Origin: Candidatus Hermodarchaeota archaeon
GTDB taxonomy: Archaea > Asgardarchaeota > Lokiarchaeia > Sigyniarchaeales > SOKP01
Direction of reading: 5' to 3'
Assembly (NCBI GenBank): GCA_048885535.1
Contig: JBHLLO010000013.1
Span: forward strand, 1-60,459
Length of the DNA stretch: 60,459 bases
Numbering within the stretch: position 1 is the first letter of the stretch; each line of letters starts with the position of its first letter. Shown here in pieces: positions 1 to 9,363 of the stretch. The notes under the pieces are model-generated. The model searched no databases. It worked only from the letters and a program-made list of their open reading frames with translations, and was not told the DNA's origin. The translations under genes and the position numbers were made by a program.

Positions 1-2
1 GT

Positions 3-152
3 TTTAATCCATTGTTCCCTTGAACCTTTAAAGTGATAAAATTGACAATAACAAGACGACCAATCAGGATTATCGGCAAAACCCACTTCATCAAAAAAAT
101 ATAAAAAATCATCAATTAAGTCTGGTATAAGAACTTTTATTTTCACTTCCAA
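3..152 (-). CDS. GNAT-family acetyltransferase, N-terminal part (runs off the window)
   Basis: Not in the ORF track. Manual translation from TTG at 150-152: MEVKIKVLIPDLIDDFLYFFDEVGFADNPDWSSCYCQFYH...; the 'F.DNP.W..CYC' start is typical of a GNAT subfamily. Confidence 0.6.
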   Translation of the reverse strand, partial: MEVKIKVLIPDLIDDFLYFFDEVGFADNPDWSSCYCQFYHFKGSREQWIK

Positions 153-223
153 TAGATTTTACCCTTTTTCAATTTTATGAATTTAATAAGTTTAATACTT
201 TGAAAAAGTAATTAGGTTGAGGT

Positions 224-1789
224 TTATTTCATACCTCTTGTGTTTACAATAGCATTTAACATTACTTTTAGATTATCATATATAGTTTCTCTATAATCAG
301 GACCAATTTTAAGAAATAGTATTGAAACTAATTTTTCCTCTAAATCTTCTTCTATAGCAAATTCCTCCATCAGATGAGAAATATTACTATCCCCATCCAC
401 TCGTAATCCCACAATTATTACTCTTTTTTTGCGAATTTTTTTAATTATTTCAATTAGAATATCTTTCCACTTCGGGTCGATATGTTCCTTATTCCTCGCA
501 TCGAAAATTACAAAAGCACCATCTGTATTAGCCAAATTAAAGTTGTTATAAAGAAAATTATTTACAATCAACCCACTTTTATAAGCATATAACTTTTCTT
601 GAATACTTTCTTTAATCTTTGAATATTCACCTAATTTTTCTAATTCAACAACTGTTTGGAAACCTGGACTCCAATTTACATTCTCTGAGATAAAAGATAA
701 TTCTAAAATAACCAGCTTCTTTAATGCAGATTGTATAGCATCTGCTAAGTCAGTTTTAATTAAATCTTTTTCTTTTTGCTTTATTCTCAAAATGTAGTGA
801 TATGCTATTAATTTAAATGCATCTGATATATTAGTACCATTTAAAGCACTTGTTTCTGTATAAGATAACCCTCCTTCTGATAATGAATTTGCTAATTCTT
901 GGCCTTCATTAAAAGAAACTACCCTCTGGACATCTAAATCCGTCTTATTCCCTACTATTATCATTGGAATCTCTTGTTCTTCAATATATTCTGTTACCTC
1001 TTTATACCAGTCTTCAAGATTTTTAAAACTGGAGCGATTTGTTATATCAAAAACGAGAAACGCAGCTTCAGCTCCAGAATAATATAACTTTCTGAAACGC
1101 TTAAAATATTGTTGTGCCCCAATATCCCAAAGTGTCAGATTAATTTCATTTCCTTGAAACTCAAACTTATGAGCTAGAATATTGAGCCCAATAGTGGCAC
1201 GATAATCGGCAGAGAACTTCCTTTCGACAAATCTTCGAATTATAGAGGTTTTGCCTACTTCGTGGTCCCCTACAATTACAAACTTAAAGGTATAAGCCTC
1301 TTTTTCTCCAAGACCGCCAACTTGGTAGATTTTTTGTATAGTCCTTTCGTGTCTATCTATTTCTTCTTCAAAATTGGGAATAGTTAATTGAATTAGATCA
1401 TCTTCCTGAGCGTGAAGAATCTGTGCACTTTTTTCGGCAAGATAATAAGCATAAGGAGAGATTTGATCCATTGAAGCCATACTTGTTAAAATCAGACTCA
1501 GAATCCTTTCTTGATCAATAGATACAAATAAAAGTCGATATTCATCAGTATCAAAACTAGCAGTACCAAATTTTTGAAATGAAAATTCATTTCGTATTCT
1601 TTCGAGTACCGGATTGATTAAAGTAGTTAGGACTGAAACTATTTCAAGTTCACTACCTACATCCTTTCTTTTTTCCCCGGCAATGATTAATCCTTCAATA
1701 TCAGAAATAATTATTGCCTCTACTTTACTAAATCTTTCAAGAAATTTTCCAAGAAGCTCACGAAAGAGCTTATTTCTCTTTATTACCAC
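224..1789 (-). CDS. Roadblock/LC7 + Rab-like small GTPase + degenerate GTPase-like domain fusion
   Basis: N-terminal 'VEAIIISDIEGLIIA' roadblock pattern; G1 GDHEVGKTS, G2 ATIG, G3 WDIGAQ, G4 NKTD, G5 ETSAL; C-terminal 'DGAFVIFDAR...IIVGLR' Rossmann-like strands without a P-loop. Confidence 0.85.
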   Translation of the reverse strand: MVIKRNKLFRELLGKFLERFSKVEAIIISDIEGLIIAGEKRKDVGSELEIVSVLTTLINPVLERIRNEFSFQKFGTASFDTDEYRLLFVSIDQERILSLILTSMASMDQISPYAYYLAEKSAQILHAQEDDLIQLTIPNFEEEIDRHERTIQKIYQVGGLGEKEAYTFKFVIVGDHEVGKTSIIRRFVERKFSADYRATIGLNILAHKFEFQGNEINLTLWDIGAQQYFKRFRKLYYSGAEAAFLVFDITNRSSFKNLEDWYKEVTEYIEEQEIPMIIVGNKTDLDVQRVVSFNEGQELANSLSEGGLSYTETSALNGTNISDAFKLIAYHYILRIKQKEKDLIKTDLADAIQSALKKLVILELSFISENVNWSPGFQTVVELEKLGEYSKIKESIQEKLYAYKSGLIVNNFLYNNFNLANTDGAFVIFDARNKEHIDPKWKDILIEIIKKIRKKRVIIVGLRVDGDSNISHLMEEFAIEEDLEEKLVSILFLKIGPDYRETIYDNLKVMLNAIVNTRGMK

Positions 1790-2003
1790 TTGAATCGCCT
1801 CTACGAATATTATTGAAGCTAACTTGATCCTTTATACAAATAATATAACAACTCTTATTTTTAAAATAGTCGTTTATGATATTATTCATAATGTTTGAAA
1901 ACTGAACCTAAAAGTTTTAAAATATACTTAAAAATGTTTTTAATAGTAATGATAATACATATGTATACAGCATAAATATATGTTAGTAGGTGAAATGTGA
2001 AAG

Positions 2004-2249
2004 TTGATTAAAAATTTAACTCAATTTTATAAAATTGGGAAAGAATTAGGATTAAAAAAAACTGAAATTAGTCGAACATTTTTGTTTTTAAAAAATCGAT
2101 CTTTGATAATCAAGATTTTACTGATACTTGTTCTATCTTTAATAACTATAGTTGTTGTTGTAATTATTGTGGTTGGGTCTCGATCTGTTTATCCAAGTGG
2201 AACATTATATTCAACGATTAAATTAAATGATTTTAAGAATAAAAAATGA
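2004..2249 (+). CDS. Small single-TM protein A (candidate precursor peptide), paralog of 4834..5121
   Basis: TTG start after AGGTGA; motifs YKIGKELGLxKxEI, hydrophobic helix and YPSGxxYSTxKLxDF shared with 4834..5121; ATGA overlap with the next gene. Confidence 0.8.
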   Translation: MIKNLTQFYKIGKELGLKKTEISRTFLFLKNRSLIIKILLILVLSLITIVVVVIIVVGSRSVYPSGTLYSTIKLNDFKNKK

Positions 2250-3580
2250 AGTTAAATGTTGGTTCTGGAAGAAGATATGAACCAGATTATTATAACATCG
2301 ATTTATATGAAGATATATTAGCAGATCAACAAATGTCTGCTATAAATCTCTCCTTCGCAGATAACTCTTGTGAAGAAGTTAAAGCAATTCAGTTGATTGA
2401 ACATATAAGTTTTTTTGAAACTTTCTATGTGTTAAGTGAGTTTTTTAGAGTCTTACAATCTGGCGGAGTTTTAATAATAGAAACTCCTGATATTGAAAAA
2501 GCGTTTCAATCATATTTAAATGGAAACCAAGAAAAGCAAAAAGAAGTCTTAGGATGGATATTTGGAATCCCCCATGAGGGTCTTCAGCATAAGATATGTT
2601 ATCCACTGGAATTGTTAGCAGAAATGTTATATAAAATCGGATTTACAGATTTAAAAGATAAAAAATATTATAATGCTGAATCAATACCTACTTTACGAAT
2701 TGAGTGTAAAAAAACTTCAAAAGAAAGTGTCTTTCAGTTTATTACTCATATTCGAAAACAAATGTTATTAGAAAACATAGTAGATTTTAAAGACTGCTTC
2801 CTATCAAAAGAGTATGAGGATCTGATAACATTCGTTTTATTAAAGTTAAAAAAATTTGAGGAAAGAAAAGATAAAAGGATTATCATTGAAATCTTTTCCA
2901 TACTTCTTTTAAGGGTACCACAAGTAGCTAAAATTTTTCTTAAAGCCATAGAGGATATTAATGTTCTTTCAAATTTGGAGATAAAATACTTCAATGAAAT
3001 AATTGAAAATATCATAAAATATGATCTTCCTAATATCTTACTTAATTCTCTTAAGAAAATGCCAACTAATCCAGGATCTCAAATGTTCGCATTTGCATCA
3101 ATAGAAGCATTAGGGAAAGGAATTATAGAGAAATTATTATATTTTAAAAGTGAAAAACAAGAACAACTAACTCGACTTAAAGAACTCTCAACAAAAAATG
3201 AACCAAATAATTTATTCTTTTTTTCTTCAAACATAATTCAAAGGAAATCTCAAGAATTTTTTTATCAAGGAATTAAGGAATTTTACAACCAAAATTATGG
3301 AATTGCTAAAGAGAAAATACAAAATTCAATTCAATTATTTAGGGATGATTTTCTTTATTACTGGAATTTAGCTAAAATATTTGTTAAATTGGACTTGAAA
3401 TCAAGCGCCTTAAAAAATTATAGGAGAACTTTAAGATTGTTAAATTTAAGTAAAATAGAGAATAAGAAGATGATTAAAAAAGATATCAATTCAGAAATGA
3501 AACGTGTAAAGAACTCAACAGAATCCTTGGCAAATCTTAATCCCATCATTAACCTTGATAAATATTTTTCTATAAATTAA
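2246..3580 (+). CDS. Class I SAM-dependent methyltransferase domain + C-terminal TPR-like helices
   Basis: LNVGSG motif I, NID, 'FADNSCEEV...LIEH', 'RVLQSGGVLIIETPD'; TPR-like 'YYWNLAKIFVKL...ALKNYRRTL'. Confidence 0.8.
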   Translation: MKLNVGSGRRYEPDYYNIDLYEDILADQQMSAINLSFADNSCEEVKAIQLIEHISFFETFYVLSEFFRVLQSGGVLIIETPDIEKAFQSYLNGNQEKQKEVLGWIFGIPHEGLQHKICYPLELLAEMLYKIGFTDLKDKKYYNAESIPTLRIECKKTSKESVFQFITHIRKQMLLENIVDFKDCFLSKEYEDLITFVLLKLKKFEERKDKRIIIEIFSILLLRVPQVAKIFLKAIEDINVLSNLEIKYFNEIIENIIKYDLPNILLNSLKKMPTNPGSQMFAFASIEALGKGIIEKLLYFKSEKQEQLTRLKELSTKNEPNNLFFFSSNIIQRKSQEFFYQGIKEFYNQNYGIAKEKIQNSIQLFRDDFLYYWNLAKIFVKLDLKSSALKNYRRTLRLLNLSKIENKKMIKKDINSEMKRVKNSTESLANLNPIINLDKYFSIN

Positions 3581-3632
3581 AAAATTATTTTATTGTTCAT
3601 AAGTATGAAATCATGAAATATCAGATTATTAT

Positions 3633-3650
3633 GAGAAAAGCTTTTAAATA
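3633..3650 (+). promoter_or_regulatory. Putative archaeal BRE-TATA promoter of the radical SAM gene
   Basis: GAGAAAAG followed by CTTTTAAATA, ~45 nt upstream of the ATG at 3694. Confidence 0.4.
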
Positions 3651-3693
3651 AATTTAATAAATTTGTATCTCAGAAAAAGAATCCAAAATTGTC

Positions 3694-4818
3694 ATGCCAA
3701 GTTTAATATCGCTTTTAACTCGTAGAATAAAGAATTCTTGCGCAGTCTGGGAGATTACTCTAAAATGTAACAGTAAATGCATTCATTGTGGGTCAAGGGC
3801 TGGTAGTGCGCGTTCTGATGAGTTAGATACAGAAGAGGCATTAACACTGGTAAAAGATTTGCACTCATGTGGTTATAAAGGCGTGGCATTAATGGGGGGA
3901 GAGCCTTTAATTAGGGAAGACTGGTTTGAAATTGCAAAAGAAGTCAAAAAACATAAAATGGAATTATCGATTGTTACTAACGGATTAAATGTCGTTAATC
4001 ATATTCATGATTTAAAAAGCTTAAGTATAGATTGTGTATCTTTAAGCCTAGATGGAGGAATTCCAGAAACACATGACTATCTTAGAGGGATTAAAGGAGC
4101 ATTTAATACTACTATAAATGCAATAAAGACATTAAGAAAAGAAAAACTTCCGGTGTCAATAATTACAACTATTAATAAAAGAAATTTAAAGGAAGTAGAT
4201 CTAATCAAACAGTATATTTTAGATCGAAATATTTCTTGGCAAATTCAATTAGCAGTCCCTATTGGGCGATTCCCTAAAGAGTTAATGATTTCTAAAGAAG
4301 AATATTATGCATTAGCGATGTATATTGCAATTAATGTAAAAAGATACTCCTATCGAAGGCTTCCTGTAATAGGAGCACATTGTTTTGGTTACTTTTCCAG
4401 ATTTATACCAAATTTAGGGTTAACACCTTGGATTGGATGCCAAGCTGGGTACTCTGTATTAGGTATTCAAAGCAATGGAAATATAAAAGGATGTTTAACT
4501 CTTTCAGATAGATTTATTGAAGGAAATGTAAGGACTCAAAGTTTGAAGGAAATTATATCAAGACCTCATGCTTTTAGCTATAATCGAAACTTTGAAAAGA
4601 AAAACCTCTACGGATCTTGTAGGAACTGTGACGTAGTAAAGGAATGTAAAGGAGGTTGTTTAGGGACAAGAAATGCTTTAAACTCCCTAAATGCACCCTT
4701 CTGTTTACGAGCAATAGAAAAACTTCATTTTAATTCCCAGATTTTTAAAATAAAAGGAAAATTGGATTCGTTTCTAGCAAAATATAAAAACCTATACTCG
4801 AAAATATTAAATATATAA
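3694..4818 (+). CDS. Radical SAM/SPASM-domain protein (peptide-maturase-like)
   Basis: CNSKCIHC radical SAM motif, GGEP; SPASM cysteines CQAG...GNIKGC and CRNCDVVKECKGGC...C. Confidence 0.9.
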   Translation: MPSLISLLTRRIKNSCAVWEITLKCNSKCIHCGSRAGSARSDELDTEEALTLVKDLHSCGYKGVALMGGEPLIREDWFEIAKEVKKHKMELSIVTNGLNVVNHIHDLKSLSIDCVSLSLDGGIPETHDYLRGIKGAFNTTINAIKTLRKEKLPVSIITTINKRNLKEVDLIKQYILDRNISWQIQLAVPIGRFPKELMISKEEYYALAMYIAINVKRYSYRRLPVIGAHCFGYFSRFIPNLGLTPWIGCQAGYSVLGIQSNGNIKGCLTLSDRFIEGNVRTQSLKEIISRPHAFSYNRNFEKKNLYGSCRNCDVVKECKGGCLGTRNALNSLNAPFCLRAIEKLHFNSQIFKIKGKLDSFLAKYKNLYSKILNI

Positions 4819-4833
4819 AATTTGTAATCAAAA

Positions 4834-5121
4834 ATGATTGATAATATCATTAGGATATATAAGATTGGGAAGGAATTAGGATTAACAAAAAGAGAGATTA
4901 CAACACAATTCTTTGTTAAAAAAACTAAATATCAGATATTATCTATGGTGATTCTTATACTTTTAATAATTATATCAGTTATCAGTGTATCTGTTCTTAT
5001 TGGATATGCTTATTTAGACATAGAAAGAAATACTTACCCATCTGGGGCAAGATATTCAACAGTCAAACTTAAAGATTTTCGTTTGAGAGGAAAAAAACTT
5101 AGTATTAAACGGAAAAGTTAA
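4834..5121 (+). CDS. Small single-TM protein B (candidate precursor peptide), paralog of 2004..2249
   Basis: YKIGKELGLTKREI, TM helix, YPSGARYSTVKLKDF; 15 nt downstream of the rSAM stop. Confidence 0.8.
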   Translation: MIDNIIRIYKIGKELGLTKREITTQFFVKKTKYQILSMVILILLIIISVISVSVLIGYAYLDIERNTYPSGARYSTVKLKDFRLRGKKLSIKRKS

Positions 5122-5182
5122 TTAAACAAGTTAAGGAACAAGAAAGATTGATTGTTAAGCAAAAAACGATTGTATTATGTTT

Positions 5183-6751
5183 TCAATTTAAATCTTTAAT
5201 TGTGTTGAACATTATGTCGAGTTGATCATAAATTTCTAGGTGATATTCTACTCCTATTTTGAAAAAGAGTAAAGAAACCTTTTTTTTCTCTAAATATTTG
5301 TTTAGGTTAAATTCTTCCATTATTTGGGACCAATTAGTGTCTTCTGACACTCTAATACCTATTAAAACAACTCTATTTTCTTTTAGGTTGGTTATGATTT
5401 TTACTACAATTTTTTTCCATTGAGGGTCAATATGTTTTTTATCTCTAGCATCAAAAATTATAAAAATCCCATCAGAATCCGATATTTCAAAATCATCAAA
5501 AAGAAAATTTTTTATAACTAAACCATTTGAAAATTCATAGACTTTTTTTTCTTTATCGTCTTCAATTTTCTCACAATCACATAATTTATTAATTTCCGTT
5601 AAGATCTGCAAACCAGGACTCCAGAAAGGATTTTCAGTAATAAATGAAATAACTAATCTTTCTTTTATATCCAAAATAGCATTAATAATATCCATTAAAT
5701 CGACTCTTAATCGCTGTTCCTCTAAATCTTTAGCTCTCATAATGTAATGATATGCAATTAAGTTAAAAGCGTCAGGGATATTTTCACCTGTTAATGCACT
5801 AGTCTCAATATAGGATATCCCTCCTTCATAATGACTTCCGCTTAATTCATTAGCCAGTCTTACGCCCTCTTCATAGTTCACGAGTCTCTCGTTTTCTAAA
5901 TCGATTTTATTTCCTACAATCATAATTGGTATTTGCTTTGCTACTAGATACTTTTTGACTTCATCGTACCAACTTTTAACATTCAAAAATGATTCTTTAT
6001 TAGTTACATCAAAAACAATGAAGGTCGCTTGAGTGCCTGAATAATACGTTTTCCTTAATCTCTTAAAGAATTCTTGAGCACCAATATCATATAAAACAAA
6101 AATTACTTGATTTTCATATAATTCAATCGAGTGAGACATTACATCAATACCAATAGTAGAACGATAATCATTAGAAAATTTTCGTTCTACAAATTGTCGT
6201 ATTATTGATGTTTTACCAACTTCATGATCACCTATCAGCACACATTTGAATTTATACTTTCCACCTGAATCTAGTCGCATCTGGTAAATCTGTTCTTTAA
6301 TTCTTCCCAAATCCACAGAAAGGTTTGTTTCAACTTCAAAATTAGGTATAGTCAGTTGAATAAGGTCACCCTCTTTTGCTGTTAATATTTGAGCCGTTTT
6401 TTCCGCAAGAAAAAATGCGTAAGGAGAAATCCTATCAATTGAACCTAAGGTATTTAGGACTATAGTTAGGGTTGTATTTTCATCAATAGATATAAATAAT
6501 AAGCGGTATTTCTCCGTATCAAAACTTGAACTTCCAAATCTCTTGAATGCAAATTCATTTCGAATTCTCTCTAAAATTGGATTGATAAGTGCCGTTAAAA
6601 CAGACACTAATTCCATGTCAACAGTAATTTTCTTCTCTCCAGCAATTACAAAACCTTCATGGTCAGATATAATAACAGCTTCAATATCAGCATCAATCTC
6701 CAAAAATTTTGTCAATATTTCCTTAAAGAGAGGATCAATATTTATTGCCAT
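5183..6751 (-). CDS. Roadblock/LC7 + Rab-like small GTPase + degenerate GTPase-like domain fusion (paralog of 224..1789)
   Basis: IEAVIISDHEGFVIAGEK; GDHEVGKTS, STIG, YDIGAQ, NKID, ETSAL; WSPG and DGIFIIFDAR shared with the paralog over the full length. Confidence 0.85.
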   Translation of the reverse strand: MAINIDPLFKEILTKFLEIDADIEAVIISDHEGFVIAGEKKITVDMELVSVLTALINPILERIRNEFAFKRFGSSSFDTEKYRLLFISIDENTTLTIVLNTLGSIDRISPYAFFLAEKTAQILTAKEGDLIQLTIPNFEVETNLSVDLGRIKEQIYQMRLDSGGKYKFKCVLIGDHEVGKTSIIRQFVERKFSNDYRSTIGIDVMSHSIELYENQVIFVLYDIGAQEFFKRLRKTYYSGTQATFIVFDVTNKESFLNVKSWYDEVKKYLVAKQIPIMIVGNKIDLENERLVNYEEGVRLANELSGSHYEGGISYIETSALTGENIPDAFNLIAYHYIMRAKDLEEQRLRVDLMDIINAILDIKERLVISFITENPFWSPGLQILTEINKLCDCEKIEDDKEKKVYEFSNGLVIKNFLFDDFEISDSDGIFIIFDARDKKHIDPQWKKIVVKIITNLKENRVVLIGIRVSEDTNWSQIMEEFNLNKYLEKKKVSLLFFKIGVEYHLEIYDQLDIMFNTIKDLN

Positions 6752-6875
6752 AGTAATCTATCAGCTGTGTTGATGTTATAAATAAATTAGAACTTGTTAA
6801 AAGTTTTAATAATACAAAAGAACATAAACTTAAAAGTAGTAATTTTATATTTTATTAAAGAATTTTCTGATTGAA

Positions 6876-7454
6876 ATGGCTAACTGTATAATTTGTCACT
6901 TGGGAATTAGTGAAAAAGAAGAAAATACCTCTCAAGAATGTCCAAATGGGCATCCAACTCATGGAGATTGTTTAAAAGAATGGTTAACTCATGCTTCCAA
7001 TTGCCCTCTATGTAATGAACCATACCCCCAAGAAGTAATTGACCAATTTCAAGAATACATAGAGGAGAAAGAATTAGAAAAGAAGAAAGCTATTGAGGAA
7101 GAAGCTAAAAGGGAAAATGAAGAAAAAGTAAAGAAGGCTACAGATAAAATTGCTTTAATGAAATTTATTGAATCGATTGAATCATTAATTGAACAAAAAG
7201 AGTATGAGTATGCATTATCCAGATTAGAGATGCATGATGAAGAACACATTTCCACAGAAAGAGGAAGAAAAATTCTTTTTCTTAAAGGGAAAGTTAATTA
7301 TCTTAAGGGAAGATATGATTTAGCAATAAATTATTTGTTCAAACTTGTTAAGGAGAAATTTGATTATCCAGATGGTTTTTTGTATCTTGGAAAGTCATAT
7401 GAAGCACTTGGTTTAACGGATAAGGCAAAATGGGCTTACGATAGAATTAATTAA
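6876..7454 (+). CDS. RING-H2 zinc finger + coiled coil + TPR protein (putative E3 ligase-like)
   Basis: CIIC...CPNGHPTHGDCLKEW...CPLC; TPR-like 'LFLKGKVNYLKGRYDLAINYL' and 'FLYLGKSYEALGLTDKA'. Confidence 0.8.
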   Translation: MANCIICHLGISEKEENTSQECPNGHPTHGDCLKEWLTHASNCPLCNEPYPQEVIDQFQEYIEEKELEKKKAIEEEAKRENEEKVKKATDKIALMKFIESIESLIEQKEYEYALSRLEMHDEEHISTERGRKILFLKGKVNYLKGRYDLAINYLFKLVKEKFDYPDGFLYLGKSYEALGLTDKAKWAYDRIN

Positions 7455-7480
7455 AGCTCTCGTTTTATTATATTTAGATT

Positions 7481-8884
7481 ATGAAAAATTTTTGTTTAAC
7501 AATAGCAGGTTCAGATCCTACTTCAGGAGCGGGAATTCAAGCAGATATCCGAACATTCGATAGATGCGGAGTTCACCCTTTTTCTGTAATTACCGCTATT
7601 ACATATCAAACAACTACGCAATTCTTTGGGTATAAATCTCTAACGGATAATTTAGAGAAGCAATTAAACGCTATATTTGCTGAATATCCAGTTAAGTTTG
7701 TTAAAGTTGGCATGATTCCTGATATAAAAGCACTTGAAATTATTATTGATTATATAAAAAAATATGATTTATTTGTTGTTTATGACCCTGTTACTGTCTC
7801 AAGTGCAGGAAAAAGACTTTCAATAGAGGGCCTTGAACTAGAGATAGAAAAGAAGTTATTTCCGAATGTAAAGATTATTACTCCCAATCTCTCTGAGGCT
7901 TTGCTTTACTCAAACATGAATTATGAGGAATACAATTTAGATAATTATAAAAAAATTGGTAAATTATTACTTGAAAAACTTTATAGTAAATCTTCAGATA
8001 TTAATGAAGAAAAAGCAGTTGTAATTAAAAGCTTGGGGCTGAATGCTAAAAAACTATTAGATTTGGCCGTTTTAAATAGAAAAGCTAAAGGGCAATTTAA
8101 CCTAGAGTTTGATTTCTATGAAAAATTAAGAATAGACATACAGGGTAATATTCATGGTTCGGGTTGTGTCTTTTCTTCTGCGATTACTGCCTTTTTAACT
8201 AAAAATTATAATATAAAAGAGTCAATTGGATTAGCAGAGAAATTTTTTAATGATAAATTTCAAGATTATATAAATTTGCCTTATCAAGGTAAAGTTATAG
8301 ACTTAACTATCCCTGAAGAGAAATTGAAGGTTATAAATCAAATTAAAGAAATATACAATTTCATCTCTAATATAAAAAAGTTTACGAAATTAATACCCGA
8401 AGTAAGATTGAATATTTCATGTTCTCTACCTAATGCTACAGAAAAAAATGAGATCGCAGGAATAGATGGTCGAGTGACAATAGTGAACGGTTTTCCAAAA
8501 GCATCTGGCGAAATTAAATTTGGAGCCTCAGATCATACTGCCAGACTTATATTATCTGCTAAAAAGTTTGATAATTCAATAAATTTAGTTACAAATCTTA
8601 GGTATAGCGAAGATTTAATTAAAAAACTTAAAGAGATATCAAGTTTAAAACTTTATGAATTTGTAAGGGATACAGAATCCTTTCAAACTAGAATAAAGGA
8701 AGATTCTACTATGCAATGGCTAATTGAAAAAACTATAGAAGATACAAATTGTATTCCTGACATAATTTGGGATAAAGGAGAAATAGGAAAAGAACCTATA
8801 GTAAGAGTTTTTGCTAAAAATTCAAAAGATATGATTAATAAACTTCAAAATATTATAAAATTGATTGAGGATTTTAAAAATTAA
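7481..8884 (+). CDS. thiDN: Bifunctional HMP/HMP-P kinase and thiamine-phosphate synthase (ThiD-ThiN fusion)
   Basis: TIAGSDPTSGAGIQAD, HGSGC ribokinase-type motif; C-terminal ThiN motifs LIPEVRLN, FGASDHTAR, PDIIWDKGEIGKEP. Confidence 0.9.
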   Translation: MKNFCLTIAGSDPTSGAGIQADIRTFDRCGVHPFSVITAITYQTTTQFFGYKSLTDNLEKQLNAIFAEYPVKFVKVGMIPDIKALEIIIDYIKKYDLFVVYDPVTVSSAGKRLSIEGLELEIEKKLFPNVKIITPNLSEALLYSNMNYEEYNLDNYKKIGKLLLEKLYSKSSDINEEKAVVIKSLGLNAKKLLDLAVLNRKAKGQFNLEFDFYEKLRIDIQGNIHGSGCVFSSAITAFLTKNYNIKESIGLAEKFFNDKFQDYINLPYQGKVIDLTIPEEKLKVINQIKEIYNFISNIKKFTKLIPEVRLNISCSLPNATEKNEIAGIDGRVTIVNGFPKASGEIKFGASDHTARLILSAKKFDNSINLVTNLRYSEDLIKKLKEISSLKLYEFVRDTESFQTRIKEDSTMQWLIEKTIEDTNCIPDIIWDKGEIGKEPIVRVFAKNSKDMINKLQNIIKLIEDFKN

Positions 8885-8908
8885 AAAAAAAAGAGAATTA
8901 AATATTAA

Positions 8909-9169
8909 TTACAATCCTGCACCTACTACTCCTGCAGTTGTTAAGAACCAAACAGTGATAACTGTTGCTAAAATTGATCTAAGATATATCTTTCCCGTTT
9001 TACGGAAAAAATAAACCATCAAGAAATAGATTAAAGCCGATAAAGGTATCACTCCCATCAGTTGTAAAGGTATTATAGGATTAAAGTCCCAACCTTGAAA
9101 TACGTAATTTGCTCCGAATACAGGCCCTAGATATTGAATTAGAAACACAACCAAGAGCCCGGTCAACAT
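8909..9169 (-). pseudogene. Probable 3' remnant of a multi-pass membrane protein
   Basis: Hydrophobic 86-aa ORF ending 'YFFRKTGKIYLRSILATVITVWF', resembling the C-terminus of larger membrane hydrolases; only AT-rich, stop-containing sequence upstream. Confidence 0.45.
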
Positions 9170-9363
9170 TGCAAAACATGCTTTAAAAGAAAACCTTTCA
9201 AATTTTAATTTTTAATTAGATTACTTCTTTTTCTTAATAAAAAAGAAATCAATTTGTAATTTGAGATTCATATATATAATAGTTTTGTTTATAATTGCTA
9301 AAAATTGATAATTTTGTTAAAAAATGGTTAAACAACTGAGGTTTGATTGAAGAATGAGTATTT

